Positions 29,671 through 38,757 of a DNA stretch of 64,000 nucleotides are shown here, one piece after another. The DNA is taken from IMG/VR virus record IMGVR_UViG_3300033463_000045, positions 32,001-96,000 of that record; one strand, written 5' to 3'. The position numbers and the translations under genes are program-made. The notes under the pieces were generated by a model. The model was not told the origin of the DNA. It was given only the letters and a program-made list of their open reading frames with translations, and ran no database searches. Position 1 is the first letter of the stretch. The number at the start of each line of letters is the position of its first letter. The DNA is from a virus (lineage: Duplodnaviria > Caudoviricetes).

Positions 29671-30156
29671 ATGAGTAGAGAAATAAAAGATATATTTAAA
29701 GACCAAGAATTAATAGACTTATGTAATAATAATATTGAATTAACTTCTAAATTAAATGAGGTTAATTTAGAAATAGTAAATAAATTTAAAGAAGTTACTA
29801 AATCTGATGAAATTGATAATGAAGAAAAAATATTTTTAGCAGAAAGCTTTGTTAATAAAGGTGAGTATGAGGTTTTCTTAAATGATAGATTTGAAGATGA
29901 ACTTTATAATGAAATAGTTCAATTTAATAAATTAAAAGAATCAATTGATGAAAAGAAAGCATTAATTAAGAATTTCTTAGAAGAAAACGGTATGGGAACT
30001 TTTGAAACAAGTACATTAAAAATTAAATATACATCAGCAACTACTGCTACAACAATAGACACAACAAGATTAAAGAAAGAACTTCCAGATATTGCTGCAA
30101 AATATTCTAAAGTATCAGCAAGGTCTTCTTCATTATCAATTGAACCAATAGAATAA
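29671..30156 (+). CDS. Phage coiled-coil protein
   Basis: IDTTRLKKELPDIAAKYSK, a common phage C-terminal motif. Confidence 0.65.
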   Translation: MSREIKDIFKDQELIDLCNNNIELTSKLNEVNLEIVNKFKEVTKSDEIDNEEKIFLAESFVNKGEYEVFLNDRFEDELYNEIVQFNKLKESIDEKKALIKNFLEENGMGTFETSTLKIKYTSATTATTIDTTRLKKELPDIAAKYSKVSARSSSLSIEPIE

Positions 30157-30170
30157 AAGGGCGATAAATT

Positions 30171-30395
30171 ATGAATTTATATAGTAATATTAAAAATAAT
30201 ATTAATAGTGCAGATTCTAAGTATATGAAAGAATGGACAGAAATATGTGAAGCATTTTGTAAGAAGATAAATGCTGAACTATTATTTGTTAATCTTGATA
30301 ACTTTGGTTATATGACTAAAGATGGTCAAACTATTCATATGTATGCTGATGAGCTTGCAGAATATCTAAATAATAAAAATAAGAATAATCAGTAA
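30171..30395 (+). CDS. MNLY-leader family protein
   Basis: MNLYSNIKNN leader; its domain is duplicated in 31767..32636. Confidence 0.75.
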   Translation: MNLYSNIKNNINSADSKYMKEWTEICEAFCKKINAELLFVNLDNFGYMTKDGQTIHMYADELAEYLNNKNKNNQ

Positions 30396-30414
30396 ACAAT
30401 TTACTGATTATTTT
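30384..30414 (+). terminator. Intrinsic terminator
   Basis: AATAATCAGTAAA-caa-TTTACTGATTATTTT. Confidence 0.7.
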
Positions 30415-30437
30415 CTTTATATAAGAGGAGATTATTT

Positions 30438-30683
30438 ATGAACTTATATGAAAGTATTGAAAAAAATTTAAAAGAATCAGAAAAATCTTTGGAAGACAAA
30501 TGTAAAGAAATATTTAATAAATATAGAGATGAATTTGATACTATAAATGATGTAAGAGATATTGCAGATTATTTAAATAAATTATATTCAGAAGAAGGAA
30601 TACAAGCTGTAAATGATTGGTTCCTATCGAGTGCAACTGAAGAATACAAAAAAGATTTAAAATCTTTAATAAATAAAAAGTAG
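30438..30683 (+). CDS. MNLY-leader family protein
   Basis: MNLYESIEKNLKE|SE. Confidence 0.75.
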   Translation: MNLYESIEKNLKESEKSLEDKCKEIFNKYRDEFDTINDVRDIADYLNKLYSEEGIQAVNDWFLSSATEEYKKDLKSLINKK

Positions 30684-30697
30684 AAAGGAAAATAGAT

Positions 30698-30967
30698 ATG
30701 AACTTATATGAAAGTATTGAAAAAAATTTAAAAGAATCAGAACATTCTGATGATTATTGTACAATAGCTGCTACAGAATTTGTTGTTGATAGATTACCAA
30801 GTGATTGGAAAAATTTATCTAATGACGAATTAAAAGAATTAGTAAGAGAAGAAGTAAATAATTATAATAATGCTAATGTCGAACCTGAATATGAAAATGA
30901 AGATTTTTATGGTGATGAAGCAGATTATAATAAAGTATTTGATTATATAATATATAGTTATAAATAG
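30698..30967 (+). CDS. MNLY-leader family protein, acidic
   Basis: First 15 codons identical to those of 30438. Confidence 0.75.
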   Translation: MNLYESIEKNLKESEHSDDYCTIAATEFVVDRLPSDWKNLSNDELKELVREEVNNYNNANVEPEYENEDFYGDEADYNKVFDYIIYSYK

Positions 30968-30981
30968 AAAGGAAGATTAAA

Positions 30982-31752
30982 ATGAATTTATATGAAAGTA
31001 TTAAAAATAATTTAGATAAAGATTCAGATACAGAATTAGAAATTTTAGATACTCAAATAGATTTTCCTGCCGTGTTTGATTCATTTGATACAAGCGGCAT
31101 TATTGATATAATAAAAGACACTGATTCAAAAGATTTAAGTGCGTGTATTGCAGGAGGAACAAGAAGTTCTCGCGAACAAAATGCATATAATTTATATATA
31201 GATAAATGCATTTTATGTGGCAAAGTAGGTTATAATAATTTTATCCCAGTGCATAAAAATAAATATAAAGATTATAGTTATTGGTCGTATGAAGACAATT
31301 ATGGATGGCCTTTTTCTAATGTTCATTTTCCATCTGAAAAAGTAGCCAAAATAATAGTTAAAATACCTCATAAACAACGCAAAAAAATTTATATAAGAGC
31401 AAGAATATGTTTTTGCAAAGATTGTTATGAGAAAAATGTCGTACCATTTGTGCTTAAAAAAGCAGATGAAATTAAAAAAATTGTCGCTTATTATAGAGAT
31501 AATAATAAATATCCAAGTAAAGGCGAGGTTATAATTTTTGGTAAGGATATATTAGATATAATTAATGACGGGATAATTAATGCTAGTCATTATAATAAAC
31601 ATGAAAAAAATAAAATAATCGATAGATTATATCAAATTGTTGATTTAGAAACACCTTATAATGATGTTGATAAGATTTATGAAAGATTTCTCAAATATTT
31701 TATTTCATCGGGTAACGCTGATGACTCAATTAAATTTAATCCAAAGAAATAG
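30982..31752 (+). CDS. MNLY-leader family protein with CxxC pair
   Basis: MNLYESIKNNL; CILC...CKDC. Confidence 0.75.
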   Translation: MNLYESIKNNLDKDSDTELEILDTQIDFPAVFDSFDTSGIIDIIKDTDSKDLSACIAGGTRSSREQNAYNLYIDKCILCGKVGYNNFIPVHKNKYKDYSYWSYEDNYGWPFSNVHFPSEKVAKIIVKIPHKQRKKIYIRARICFCKDCYEKNVVPFVLKKADEIKKIVAYYRDNNKYPSKGEVIIFGKDILDIINDGIINASHYNKHEKNKIIDRLYQIVDLETPYNDVDKIYERFLKYFISSGNADDSIKFNPKK

Positions 31753-31766
31753 AAAGGAAGATTAAA

Positions 31767-32636
31767 ATGAATTTATATAGTAATATTAAAAATAATTTAA
31801 ATGAATCTGCAAAATTCTATTATAAAGAATTTAGTGGCGCTGGTGAAATTGATTATGTTGAATTTGAGACAGAACAAGAAGCAAATGATTATGCTAAAAA
31901 AGTTAATGAAGAATCTGGTAATGAAACAGCAGTATATAGAATAGATAATGATGAATGCATTGCTTTATATGACGCATTAAATGAATCTGAAAAGTTAAAA
32001 GAAGATGATAAGAGTTATTCCAAAGGAGTTAATGTATTAGATAAATTATATAGTAATCCTGAGTATGAAGCTTTATGGGATAAGAAATTTAATGAATTAG
32101 TCCCAAAATCAGGAAAAGCTAAGACAACTATTGGAGAGATTATGCGAGGATTTTCTTCATTAAGTCATGCATATTATCAAAATGGTGATACTGTTAATTC
32201 ATTATATCGTCAACATTTTAATAGCGGTTATTTACAAGATGCACATGATTTATATAAAGCAGTAAAAGAACTTGGAGATAGAACTCTTATTGATTTAACA
32301 GATAAAATGTTTAATACAAGAAGAGAAAGCGCTTATTGTAAATATATGGCAGCTTTTTATGAGTATTTTATAAATAATTATCTTTCAAAAGAAAATATAA
32401 ATGAATCTGAAGATAAAGTATTAGATTCTATTAATCAACTTTCTTATAATAAAAATAAGAAATTAGATAAATATATGGCTGAATGGGAATCTATTTGTCA
32501 AGCTTTTTGTAAAAAGATAGGAGCTAAATTATTATTTGTTAATATAAATAATTTTGGTTATGAAGATAAAGATGGAAATTTAGTTCATATGTATGCAGAT
32601 GAATTAGAACAATATTTAAAAAATAATAAAATTTAA
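31767..32636 (+). CDS. MNLY-leader three-domain polyprotein
   Basis: LNES / LNES-LKED / INES separate three modules. Confidence 0.75.
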   Translation: MNLYSNIKNNLNESAKFYYKEFSGAGEIDYVEFETEQEANDYAKKVNEESGNETAVYRIDNDECIALYDALNESEKLKEDDKSYSKGVNVLDKLYSNPEYEALWDKKFNELVPKSGKAKTTIGEIMRGFSSLSHAYYQNGDTVNSLYRQHFNSGYLQDAHDLYKAVKELGDRTLIDLTDKMFNTRRESAYCKYMAAFYEYFINNYLSKENINESEDKVLDSINQLSYNKNKKLDKYMAEWESICQAFCKKIGAKLLFVNINNFGYEDKDGNLVHMYADELEQYLKNNKI

Positions 32637-32652
32637 GAAAGGAGAAATAAAA

Positions 32653-35600
32653 ATGAACTTATATGAAAATATTAAAAATAATTTAAATGAAGATGAGAAT
32701 GTTCAATCAGGTATGACGTTATATGATTATATTAAAAATGTCTGTAATGGAGAAATAGACATGGACGTTTGTGATAATGATATAGATATGATGGTAGCAT
32801 TTTGTCATAATATAAATGAACATAGTTCAGAATACCCACAAATGGAAAGATTTTTAAATTTATTAGCAAAAAGAACTAAAATTATTAAACAAAATAATGG
32901 AGGATATGCTCCAATATTAATTTGTGATTTTAGTTCAGCATTAAAACCATATAATGAAGAGTGGAAGAAATTCTTTGATATGGATTATTCAGACTTTGAT
33001 GAAGATGAAGCATATTATGAAGCAGTAGTTAATCTTGAACCATTAATAAGCGGTAATGCAGGAGAAGATACTTATAAAGAATTTTGTGATATTATGGAAG
33101 GTAAAAAATTAGAAGAATCTGAAGAAGAAAATGAAGAACAAATTTGTGTTATATGTAATAAACCATTTACTGGTTGGGGTAATGACGCTTGGCCAGTAGC
33201 AGAAGGTTATTGTTGTGATGAATGCAATTTTTCTAAAGTAATTCCTGCAAGATTAGCTCAATTAAGAGAATATCGTAATGATACTAAAATAAAAGAATCT
33301 GAATCTTTTAAATTAAATAAAGATGCAGAAGATTTTGAAGATTTAGTAAAAAGAGATTTTCAAAATTATATAGAAGATACTTATAATATACAAAATGTTC
33401 AAGAATTAGCAGATAGATTAGAACACGTAACAGAAGAAGATATAAATGATTATTTTACAACTTTATTCTATGAAATATTTGACAATGAAGATATGGAAAC
33501 AGCTAATTTAGCAGAAGAAATTATAAGAAAAGAATATGGACTTCAAGATAATATAGATGAATCTGAAAAACAAGAAAAATTAAATGAGGCAAAAAATTAT
33601 GATGATTATTGGAATTTATCGGAAGATATTCCGATTATTCCTAATTTTGACCTTGATAATTTTCCAAAAGATAAATTGTGGCAATTAAGAAAAGAAATAA
33701 CTTTAGGAAGCCCATATTTATCTAAATATGATAATTCATTAGGTCTAAATCCAGCTGCTTTAAGAAATTTCTTTAATTCATTTGTTGAAAATGGAAAGAA
33801 TAATAATAAAACATTAAAAGATATAGATAATCAAGATGATTTATATAATTTTTATATAAATTGTGAAGACCCTTTTAATTTAAAAGACGAATTAGATGAA
33901 TCTGAAGAAGCAAATTTAACATTATCACAGATTAAAGATAATTTAGAAGCAATTAAAAATAATGAAGAAAGAAATTATGAAATATATGGAAGTGCATTAG
34001 AATTTCCAAGTATATTAGAAAAAATTGATAATGTAGATGACAGAAGAAAAGCATTAATGATGTTATATATGAATAATCCAAAGTTAGAAGAATTAAAAAC
34101 TTGGACTGCAAAACAAATTAAAGATTATATATTAGATACTGAGGAAGTATTTAATATAAATATTGATAGTAATTTTGATGAAGAACCAACTAATTATAGA
34201 AAAGCATACGCAAAATGTTTTGAATTAATTGGAACAAATTTAAATGAATCTGCTAAAGGACAATGGACAAGTGGTTTTAAAAAATTAGATGGTTATACTG
34301 AAGAAGAAGCTTATAAATTATTAGTTAAAGCGGCTAATATAAAGCTTAATACTTTTGCAAAGAATAATCATGATAATGAAGAACTTCAAAGAGAATTTGA
34401 AGAGAAATATAATGAACCATTTGGAATACAAATTGGTGGAGATACCGTAGGTAATTATGGTTATAATCCAAAATATTTAGAATTTTTAAATTCTAAAGGA
34501 AATTTAGATGAAGCAGAAGATAATCAATTATATGTATTTTCAAATGCAGAATCTGAAGATATGACAGATGCTATTAGTATGATTAATTCTATATATAAAA
34601 ATGAAGCTCCTAAATTACAATTTAAAATGCATTCAGAAGGACCTATGTGGTTTGTTGATTTTATAGGTAGTTATCAAGACATTTGTGATTATTTAATTAA
34701 GTTAGGTTGGTATAATGAAAAAGAAATAAATGATTTAACTAATAATAAATTAATTAGACCGTTACCTATAAAAGAATCAGAAGAAAAAGTAAATCCTAAT
34801 AATTTAACTAAAGAACAATTATGGAAATTAAGACAAGAAATAAGATTAAATAGTATATATACAAATGATTATGAAAATTCATTTGATTTAGACCCTGTAG
34901 CAGTTCAAGATTTCTTTGATACATTTATTGAAGATATGGAACAAGATGATGATGGAAATCCTAATAATAGAAAAATAGAAGATTATGATAATGCTGATGA
35001 TTTATATAATTTCTATACAGGTTGTGAAAATCCTTTTGGTGAAATAGAAGAAATTAAAGAATCAGAAGATTATTATGATGACGATGATGATTATTGGGAA
35101 GACCATAATGATGACCCAATAGAATGCACTATTGAATATGATGAAGATGGAAAACCATATTTTATGTATAATAATGAGAAAGAATATATAGATGAATATA
35201 TGAAAGATGGAGCAGGTGGAGCTACTAAACCATTAACAGCATTTTCAGCTATTAGAATAGTTCATTCAGATAATGGAGAAACTGTTAGTGTTCAATATCT
35301 TCATGATTCAGAAAAGATTAAAGAAGCAGAAGAATCAGATGAAGATAAAAAGTTATCTTTTAAAGAAAGAGTTCTTAAAGCATATGATAATTGTAATTAT
35401 TCAGTAAGGTCAGATATGCCAACAATTAAAGATATAATAGATTATTTAGACCTAAGTAATGATTCAGAAACAAGAGATAAAGTATCTCAAATTATTTATA
35501 AAGCAGGAAAAGATTGGCAAGTAGAAAGCTGTAATGAAGCAGAAGACAAAGAAGAATCTAAAGAAGAAGTAAAACATAAAGATGATATTAAAGTATATAT

Positions 35601-36306
35601 GAATACATGGAAAAATTATAATGAATATGGTGCAGATTTAGATGCTTATGGAATTAAAGATGGTTGGATGAATCCTGATGATGCATTAGAATTTTGTAAA
35701 AAATATGCAGAAGATGAACCGTTTATAAATGATATAGATAATAATAGCGGAATTGATATTGAAGTATCTGAATATGATAATGCTCCTTCAGTATTAGAAG
35801 GTTTAGCAAAATTAAATGATGTATTATATTTTGGAGCAGGAAATGCTGAAAAAGGAGATATTCCATTAGTATATGAAGCTTGGGCTGATAAAGAGTCAGC
35901 AACTACTCCATCATTAGAAAATATAGAAAATTTTATAGATTTCTTAGAAAATGGAGAATATTATGTTCATAATGATGTTACATCAACAGAAGATATTGGA
36001 AAATGGTATGTTGAAAATGTAGGTTATGAAGGAGTATCAAATATAGAAAATTATATTGACTCAGACCAAGTTAAAGAAGATTGGCAAGAAGATATAGACC
36101 AAAATTATTTAGATGATGATGGAAATCCAACAGAAGACTGGTACGAAGTTGATGATTCACTTGTTGACGAAGATATAGAATCAGCAAAACAAAGTAATGA
36201 TACTAATTTCTTTGATAAATATTTTGATTATGCATCTCTTGGAGACGATATTTATGGAGATGGAAATTGGTACGTAACAGATAATGGTTCAGTTGAAATA
36301 TATTAA
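32653..36306 (+). CDS. MNLY-leader polyvalent polyprotein (about 11 modules) with C-terminal ArdA-like antirestriction domain
   Basis: Repeated [LIV]xE[SAD] linkers; C-terminus IKVYMNTWKNYNE...YFDYASLGDDIYGDGNWYVTDNGSVEIY matches the ArdA pattern. Confidence 0.8.
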   Translation: MNLYENIKNNLNEDENVQSGMTLYDYIKNVCNGEIDMDVCDNDIDMMVAFCHNINEHSSEYPQMERFLNLLAKRTKIIKQNNGGYAPILICDFSSALKPYNEEWKKFFDMDYSDFDEDEAYYEAVVNLEPLISGNAGEDTYKEFCDIMEGKKLEESEEENEEQICVICNKPFTGWGNDAWPVAEGYCCDECNFSKVIPARLAQLREYRNDTKIKESESFKLNKDAEDFEDLVKRDFQNYIEDTYNIQNVQELADRLEHVTEEDINDYFTTLFYEIFDNEDMETANLAEEIIRKEYGLQDNIDESEKQEKLNEAKNYDDYWNLSEDIPIIPNFDLDNFPKDKLWQLRKEITLGSPYLSKYDNSLGLNPAALRNFFNSFVENGKNNNKTLKDIDNQDDLYNFYINCEDPFNLKDELDESEEANLTLSQIKDNLEAIKNNEERNYEIYGSALEFPSILEKIDNVDDRRKALMMLYMNNPKLEELKTWTAKQIKDYILDTEEVFNINIDSNFDEEPTNYRKAYAKCFELIGTNLNESAKGQWTSGFKKLDGYTEEEAYKLLVKAANIKLNTFAKNNHDNEELQREFEEKYNEPFGIQIGGDTVGNYGYNPKYLEFLNSKGNLDEAEDNQLYVFSNAESEDMTDAISMINSIYKNEAPKLQFKMHSEGPMWFVDFIGSYQDICDYLIKLGWYNEKEINDLTNNKLIRPLPIKESEEKVNPNNLTKEQLWKLRQEIRLNSIYTNDYENSFDLDPVAVQDFFDTFIEDMEQDDDGNPNNRKIEDYDNADDLYNFYTGCENPFGEIEEIKESEDYYDDDDDYWEDHNDDPIECTIEYDEDGKPYFMYNNEKEYIDEYMKDGAGGATKPLTAFSAIRIVHSDNGETVSVQYLHDSEKIKEAEESDEDKKLSFKERVLKAYDNCNYSVRSDMPTIKDIIDYLDLSNDSETRDKVSQIIYKAGKDWQVESCNEAEDKEESKEEVKHKDDIKVYMNTWKNYNEYGADLDAYGIKDGWMNPDDALEFCKKYAEDEPFINDIDNNSGIDIEVSEYDNAPSVLEGLAKLNDVLYFGAGNAEKGDIPLVYEAWADKESATTPSLENIENFIDFLENGEYYVHNDVTSTEDIGKWYVENVGYEGVSNIENYIDSDQVKEDWQEDIDQNYLDDDGNPTEDWYEVDDSLVDEDIESAKQSNDTNFFDKYFDYASLGDDIYGDGNWYVTDNGSVEIY

Positions 36307-36341
36307 TAAATACACAAATAAAATTAATATTAATAATAAAT

Positions 36342-36369
36342 AAAGAAGGTTATTTAAACCTTCTTTTTT
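36342..36369 (+). terminator. Intrinsic terminator
   Basis: AAAGAAGGTT-attta-AACCTTCTTTTTT. Confidence 0.75.
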
Positions 36370-36382
36370 CATAATATATAAT
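36368..36382 (+). promoter_or_regulatory. Class-1 motif
   Basis: TTCATAATATATAAT. Confidence 0.8.
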
Positions 36383-36399
36383 AGAAAGGGTAGATTATT

Positions 36400-37530
36400 A
36401 TGGATAAGAAATTAATGTATTATATTATTATTCATTATATTGATATGAGAAAACTTTTAAGAAGTCTTAATATTGATATTAGACCTAATAAAAGTATGCT
36501 ATGCCCGTTCCACCAAAATACTCGTACGCCCGCTGCTCATTTCTATGAGGAAGAAGATGGTAGTTGTAGAATATGGTGTTATTATGAGAATAGAATGTTT
36601 AGTAATATAGATATTTATAGAACATATAAACCGGACATTAATTTAGAAGAATTAGCTCAGAAGATATATGATAATTTACCTGATGAAGAAAAGAAAAAGG
36701 TATTTAATAATGTTAATGTAACTTATGAATTACCAGAATTACCGTATAATAAAGCATTAAATGATTTTAAAAATAATAAGATTTCTTTTGATATTTTATT
36801 AAATACAATTAATTATTTAACACCTAGAGATGATAATTCTAATTTATTAGATATAATATATTCTCAGGGCTTATCTGGTATATCAGATTTAAATAAAAAT
36901 AATAAATATGTATATTATATGAAGAATTATAAATCTAATTACAGATATATATTAGCTAATAAAATATTAATGACTATGCAAAATAAATTACCTAATTATA
37001 TAATAGAGTATTTTCAATATTCAGGAGATTCTATAATGTTACCTAATATAATAAATGATAGATTATATGCAATAACATTTAGAAATTTAAATGGAAATAA
37101 GCAATTTATAAAATTAGGAGTTGCATATTTATTTTATAATTTAGGTAATTTACCAAAAGATTTTAAATATGGCATGCCATTATTAATAACTGAAGGAAAT
37201 ATAGACTCTGATGTTGGTAAATTAATCTATCCATATTGTATTGCAACAATGACAAATTCATTATCAACAAATCAAATTCAATTATTATTAGGATTAACTA
37301 ATAAAGTAATAATAGCTTTTGATAATGATGAAGCCGGAGAAAAGGGATTTAAAAATGTTTATCATAAATTAAAATCATTTCAATTTGATGTTAAAAAATT
37401 TAAGCATAATTCTAATTTAAAAGATTTTGGTGATTTATTAGAATTAAAAATGAAAGATGAAGATGAATATAATTATATTTATCAAACATATAAGATACAA
37501 ATAGAGAATTTGGTTGGTGACGTGAGATGA
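36400..37530 (+). CDS. dnaG: DNA primase (DnaG-like)
   Basis: CPFH zinc-binding motif; TOPRIM ITEGNID, AFDNDEAG, KDFG. Confidence 0.85.
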   Translation: MDKKLMYYIIIHYIDMRKLLRSLNIDIRPNKSMLCPFHQNTRTPAAHFYEEEDGSCRIWCYYENRMFSNIDIYRTYKPDINLEELAQKIYDNLPDEEKKKVFNNVNVTYELPELPYNKALNDFKNNKISFDILLNTINYLTPRDDNSNLLDIIYSQGLSGISDLNKNNKYVYYMKNYKSNYRYILANKILMTMQNKLPNYIIEYFQYSGDSIMLPNIINDRLYAITFRNLNGNKQFIKLGVAYLFYNLGNLPKDFKYGMPLLITEGNIDSDVGKLIYPYCIATMTNSLSTNQIQLLLGLTNKVIIAFDNDEAGEKGFKNVYHKLKSFQFDVKKFKHNSNLKDFGDLLELKMKDEDEYNYIYQTYKIQIENLVGDVR

Positions 37531-37907
37531 AATATTTTGTAGATATTAATGAAGGAGATATACGATTAGTAATTAGAGCTTTAAGAAGATATAATACTAA
37601 AGGAGTAAAATATTTATTTTTTACAATATTCCCGTTATTAAGAGACGGTAATTTTGAAAATGAAGAAATAAGTAATAATAGATTTTATATTCCTTGGGAC
37701 AAATCATTCGAATTTGTTTATGGTAAAATATATGTAGAATTTTCAGTATTAGAAAATAATAAGATATATTTTATATTAAGTGATAAGATAAAATATATTT
37801 TATATTCTTTATATCATACAGCTGTTCAGATTGTTGATGGTATTCCAATTATAGATGAAAATGCATTATTTAAATATAATGTTTATAAAAATATTAAAAA
37901 TAGATAG
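37527..37907 (+). CDS. Hypothetical protein
   Basis: ATGA overlap. Confidence 0.65.
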   Translation: MKYFVDINEGDIRLVIRALRRYNTKGVKYLFFTIFPLLRDGNFENEEISNNRFYIPWDKSFEFVYGKIYVEFSVLENNKIYFILSDKIKYILYSLYHTAVQIVDGIPIIDENALFKYNVYKNIKNR

Positions 37908-37916
37908 GGTGATAAT

Positions 37917-38132
37917 ATGAAAAGAATTTTTCCAAGATTACAAGGACTGGAATGGCATAATATGAAAGAGTCATTGATACTTATTAGATATAGAAAAAGT
38001 ATTAATGGACATATTAAAGGAATTTATAAAGATAAATTTGATAATAAGTATACTCATTGGTTAAATGATGAAGAAATAGAAGAATTATCAAATAATATTA
38101 AAATTATGAAAGAGGGTATTAGAAATGTTTAA
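37917..38132 (+). CDS. Hypothetical protein
   Basis: ORF in chain. Confidence 0.6.
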   Translation: MKRIFPRLQGLEWHNMKESLILIRYRKSINGHIKGIYKDKFDNKYTHWLNDEEIEELSNNIKIMKEGIRNV

Positions 38133-38526
38133 GAGAAAAAAAGAAAAAAGTATGCATGAAGAATTATTAATTCAATTAAAAGGATTAATAGAAATAGAAT
38201 TAGGAGAGTATATTAATAATGATATTAAAGAATCAAAATTAAAATTACATATTGAAACTTATAATGGTTTAGATATTTATGTATTAGATGACGATTTTGG
38301 TTTTATAGATAATTATAATAGCATACATTTTTATGCAGAAAATTTTATGTTTAAAGGATTATATATAGATGATATATCTTTAGTAGGACATTATCATTAT
38401 GAAGATTTATTATATTTAATATTAAATTTTAAAGAAGAAAAGAAACAGATAATTAAGAATATAGAAAAATATATAGAATGGAAGAATAATTATTTAGAAG
38501 TATTACAAAGAATTAAGAATAAGTAG
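38125..38526 (+). CDS. Hypothetical protein
   Basis: ORF in chain. Confidence 0.65.
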   Translation: MFKRKKEKSMHEELLIQLKGLIEIELGEYINNDIKESKLKLHIETYNGLDIYVLDDDFGFIDNYNSIHFYAENFMFKGLYIDDISLVGHYHYEDLLYLILNFKEEKKQIIKNIEKYIEWKNNYLEVLQRIKNK

Positions 38527-38534
38527 GAGTAGAA

Positions 38535-38720
38535 GTGATTTGCATGATTAAACAATATTCTTTATATCTATTAAGATGGCAATTATCAACTCCTATTTTA
38601 GCTTTAGTATTGTATTTATTTAATTATAATGAATTAGTTGAGACAATATTAGCAAATTTAATAGGAGGTCTTATATTCTTTTGGGTAGATAAAAAGATAT
38701 TTCAACAAAAGACAAAATAG
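38535..38720 (+). CDS. Small two-TM membrane protein
   Basis: YLLRWQLSTPILA...ANLIGGLIFFWVD. Confidence 0.65.
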   Translation: MICMIKQYSLYLLRWQLSTPILALVLYLFNYNELVETILANLIGGLIFFWVDKKIFQQKTK

Positions 38721-38722
38721 AT

Positions 38723-38737
38723 TTCATAATATATAAT
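38723..38737 (+). promoter_or_regulatory. Class-1 motif
   Basis: TTCATAATATATAAT. Confidence 0.8.
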
Positions 38738-38757
38738 AGAAAATAAGGAGAAATAAT

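Noticed and set aside
30171-32700. CRISPR array or integron attC cassettes
   Set aside because: The repeats are coding (SD plus leader peptide), irregularly spaced by whole genes and non-palindromic; no cas or integrase gene in the window
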